Below, one piece after another: positions 62,511-64,000 of a stretch of 64,000 bases of DNA (position 1 is its first letter; each line of letters begins with the position of its first letter). Under the pieces are notes generated by a model. The model did not search any database. It was not told where the DNA came from and saw nothing but the letters and a program-made list of their open reading frames with translations. The DNA is from Eledone cirrhosa (lineage: Eukaryota), in contig CAXHJY010000065.1 of NCBI GenBank assembly GCA_964016885.1, positions 1 to 64,000 of the forward strand, given 5' to 3'. Made by a program: the position numbers and the translations under genes.

Positions 62511-64000
62511 AACAATCCTATGAAGAACCTTTAAACACAATTGCTCTAGCTGCTAAAATTAAATCTGATATTTTGTTAATAGTGATACAACAGCTTTAAA
62601 GGGAAAGACATTAGATAGAATAATACAGTATGTACTTTGAATAAAGTAAAATGTGATGGCCATGGCTGAAACCATTTTGGTTATAGGTCTGTTGGATCTG
62701 GGGCTCAACTGAGGCTAAATAAGCGTTGGAAAAAATTTAGCAGTTTAAGATTTATGAGTCATTTCAATTTAAGTAGAATAACTATTCTCTGGTGTAAGAT
62801 ACATATGGATTATGATATATGGTTAGGGTGATGGTGGAAAAGTAGGAGGGAAAAGGTAGATGTTATTGCAAGTGAATGAAGTTTTCAGTGCATCTTTTTG
62901 TCTTAACTGTTAAGACACATCAGAAGATGAGTGATATGAAGTTTGAGAGAGAAAGATATTGCATCAGGAAAAACGATGTGAGTGAGCAGAAGAAAGAGCT
63001 TGATGAAAATAATTAGAGAGGAAGTGTGAATGAGAAGGATGTTTGAGAGATGGGAAAGAGATTATATATGTTAAGATAAATTGAAAGATGAGAGTAAGAG
63101 ATAAGAAATAAAAGAAAAAGAATTTAGTAAGGGGAATGACACAGATATAAAGAAAGAAAGAAGGAGAGACACAGAGTGAGGGAATAATAGAGAGGGAAAG
63201 TTATAGAAAGTGTAAAGAAAAATAAAAGGAAAAGGAAATAATTACAAGAAGGGAAGATTAGTTAGAGGAGAAATTGGTAAAATAGAATGTAAGGTAAAGT
63301 AAAGGAAGGAAAATGGAGGGGTTATGTTAATAAAATGAAAACAACAAAATAAGAAAAGGAATAATAATGAAAGATAGAGATTATCAGAGATAACTTTGAA
63401 AGCTTTCATTGAACATGATTCTAAAGAAGAAAATGTTTTCTAAACTGAAGATCTAGAAGTAGTTCCTGCAAATGTGATGTGTGCACTCTAGCAAACAAGA
63501 TTGCATTTGCTGATAGATCAAATTTGTTGCTTGCAGTTTTATCTCTACATGATATAGTTGTACATGTAAGCAAAGGTTTTTCCAGCAATAGAATCAATTG
63601 AAGAGTTATTAGGAGCCAACATTCTATGGTTGTCTTTCAAAGTATATTGAATTAAGGAAGTGAACAAGAATTTCGCCCCATTTCTTCTAAATCTTCCTCC
63701 ATGATTGACAAGTTCAGAATGATGGAATAAATTTATAATCTTATTTTAACTCTATAGGATAGCTATTTGTTCAGAAGCAGATTATTGGTAAACAGTCAGT
63801 TGATATAAGGAAATATCAAAATATTGAAAACATTGATAAGAATCAGTGTGGCGTTGGCATTTCTGTTAATGTATTTAACCTGCTTCCTTTTACATATCCA
63901 CCAATTTATTTACCAAGAAAATATTTTAGCTGATTAAAAAAAGAAGCCTATGAATTAGATTTAGTTTTCTCCATAACATATATATTACACATCAGCAGAA

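Overview
AT-rich, repeat-saturated animal genomic DNA. The repeat repertoire (RTE LINEs with (GAT)n tails, tRNA-derived SINEs with CORE-like and Nin/Deu-like domains, dense (TA)n/(CA)n/(TAA)n tracts) suggests an octopus or other coleoid cephalopod; this is inference. No host exon can be supported, so the window is probably intronic or intergenic. It holds about 8 copies of an RTE-clade LINE (APE endonuclease + RT), all disrupted or truncated, with a C4HC3 PHD finger inserted inside the RT. It also holds remnants of R4/Dong, Tx1/L1, CR1, Jockey/I-like, Helitron-like and probably Penelope elements, plus two SINE families. The main non-obvious signal is a set of six families of non-coding fold-back insertions, nearly all abutting (TA)n tracts. 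Each carries a minimal type I hammerhead ribozyme (CUGANGA...GAAA..NUH) or its 3' half, on both arms in most copies. One family forms a mixed tandem/inverted array of a ~429-bp monomer with one hammerhead per unit (20051-23236), resembling a retrozyme or Penelope pseudo-LTR system. Coordinates were read by eye and element ends are approximate.
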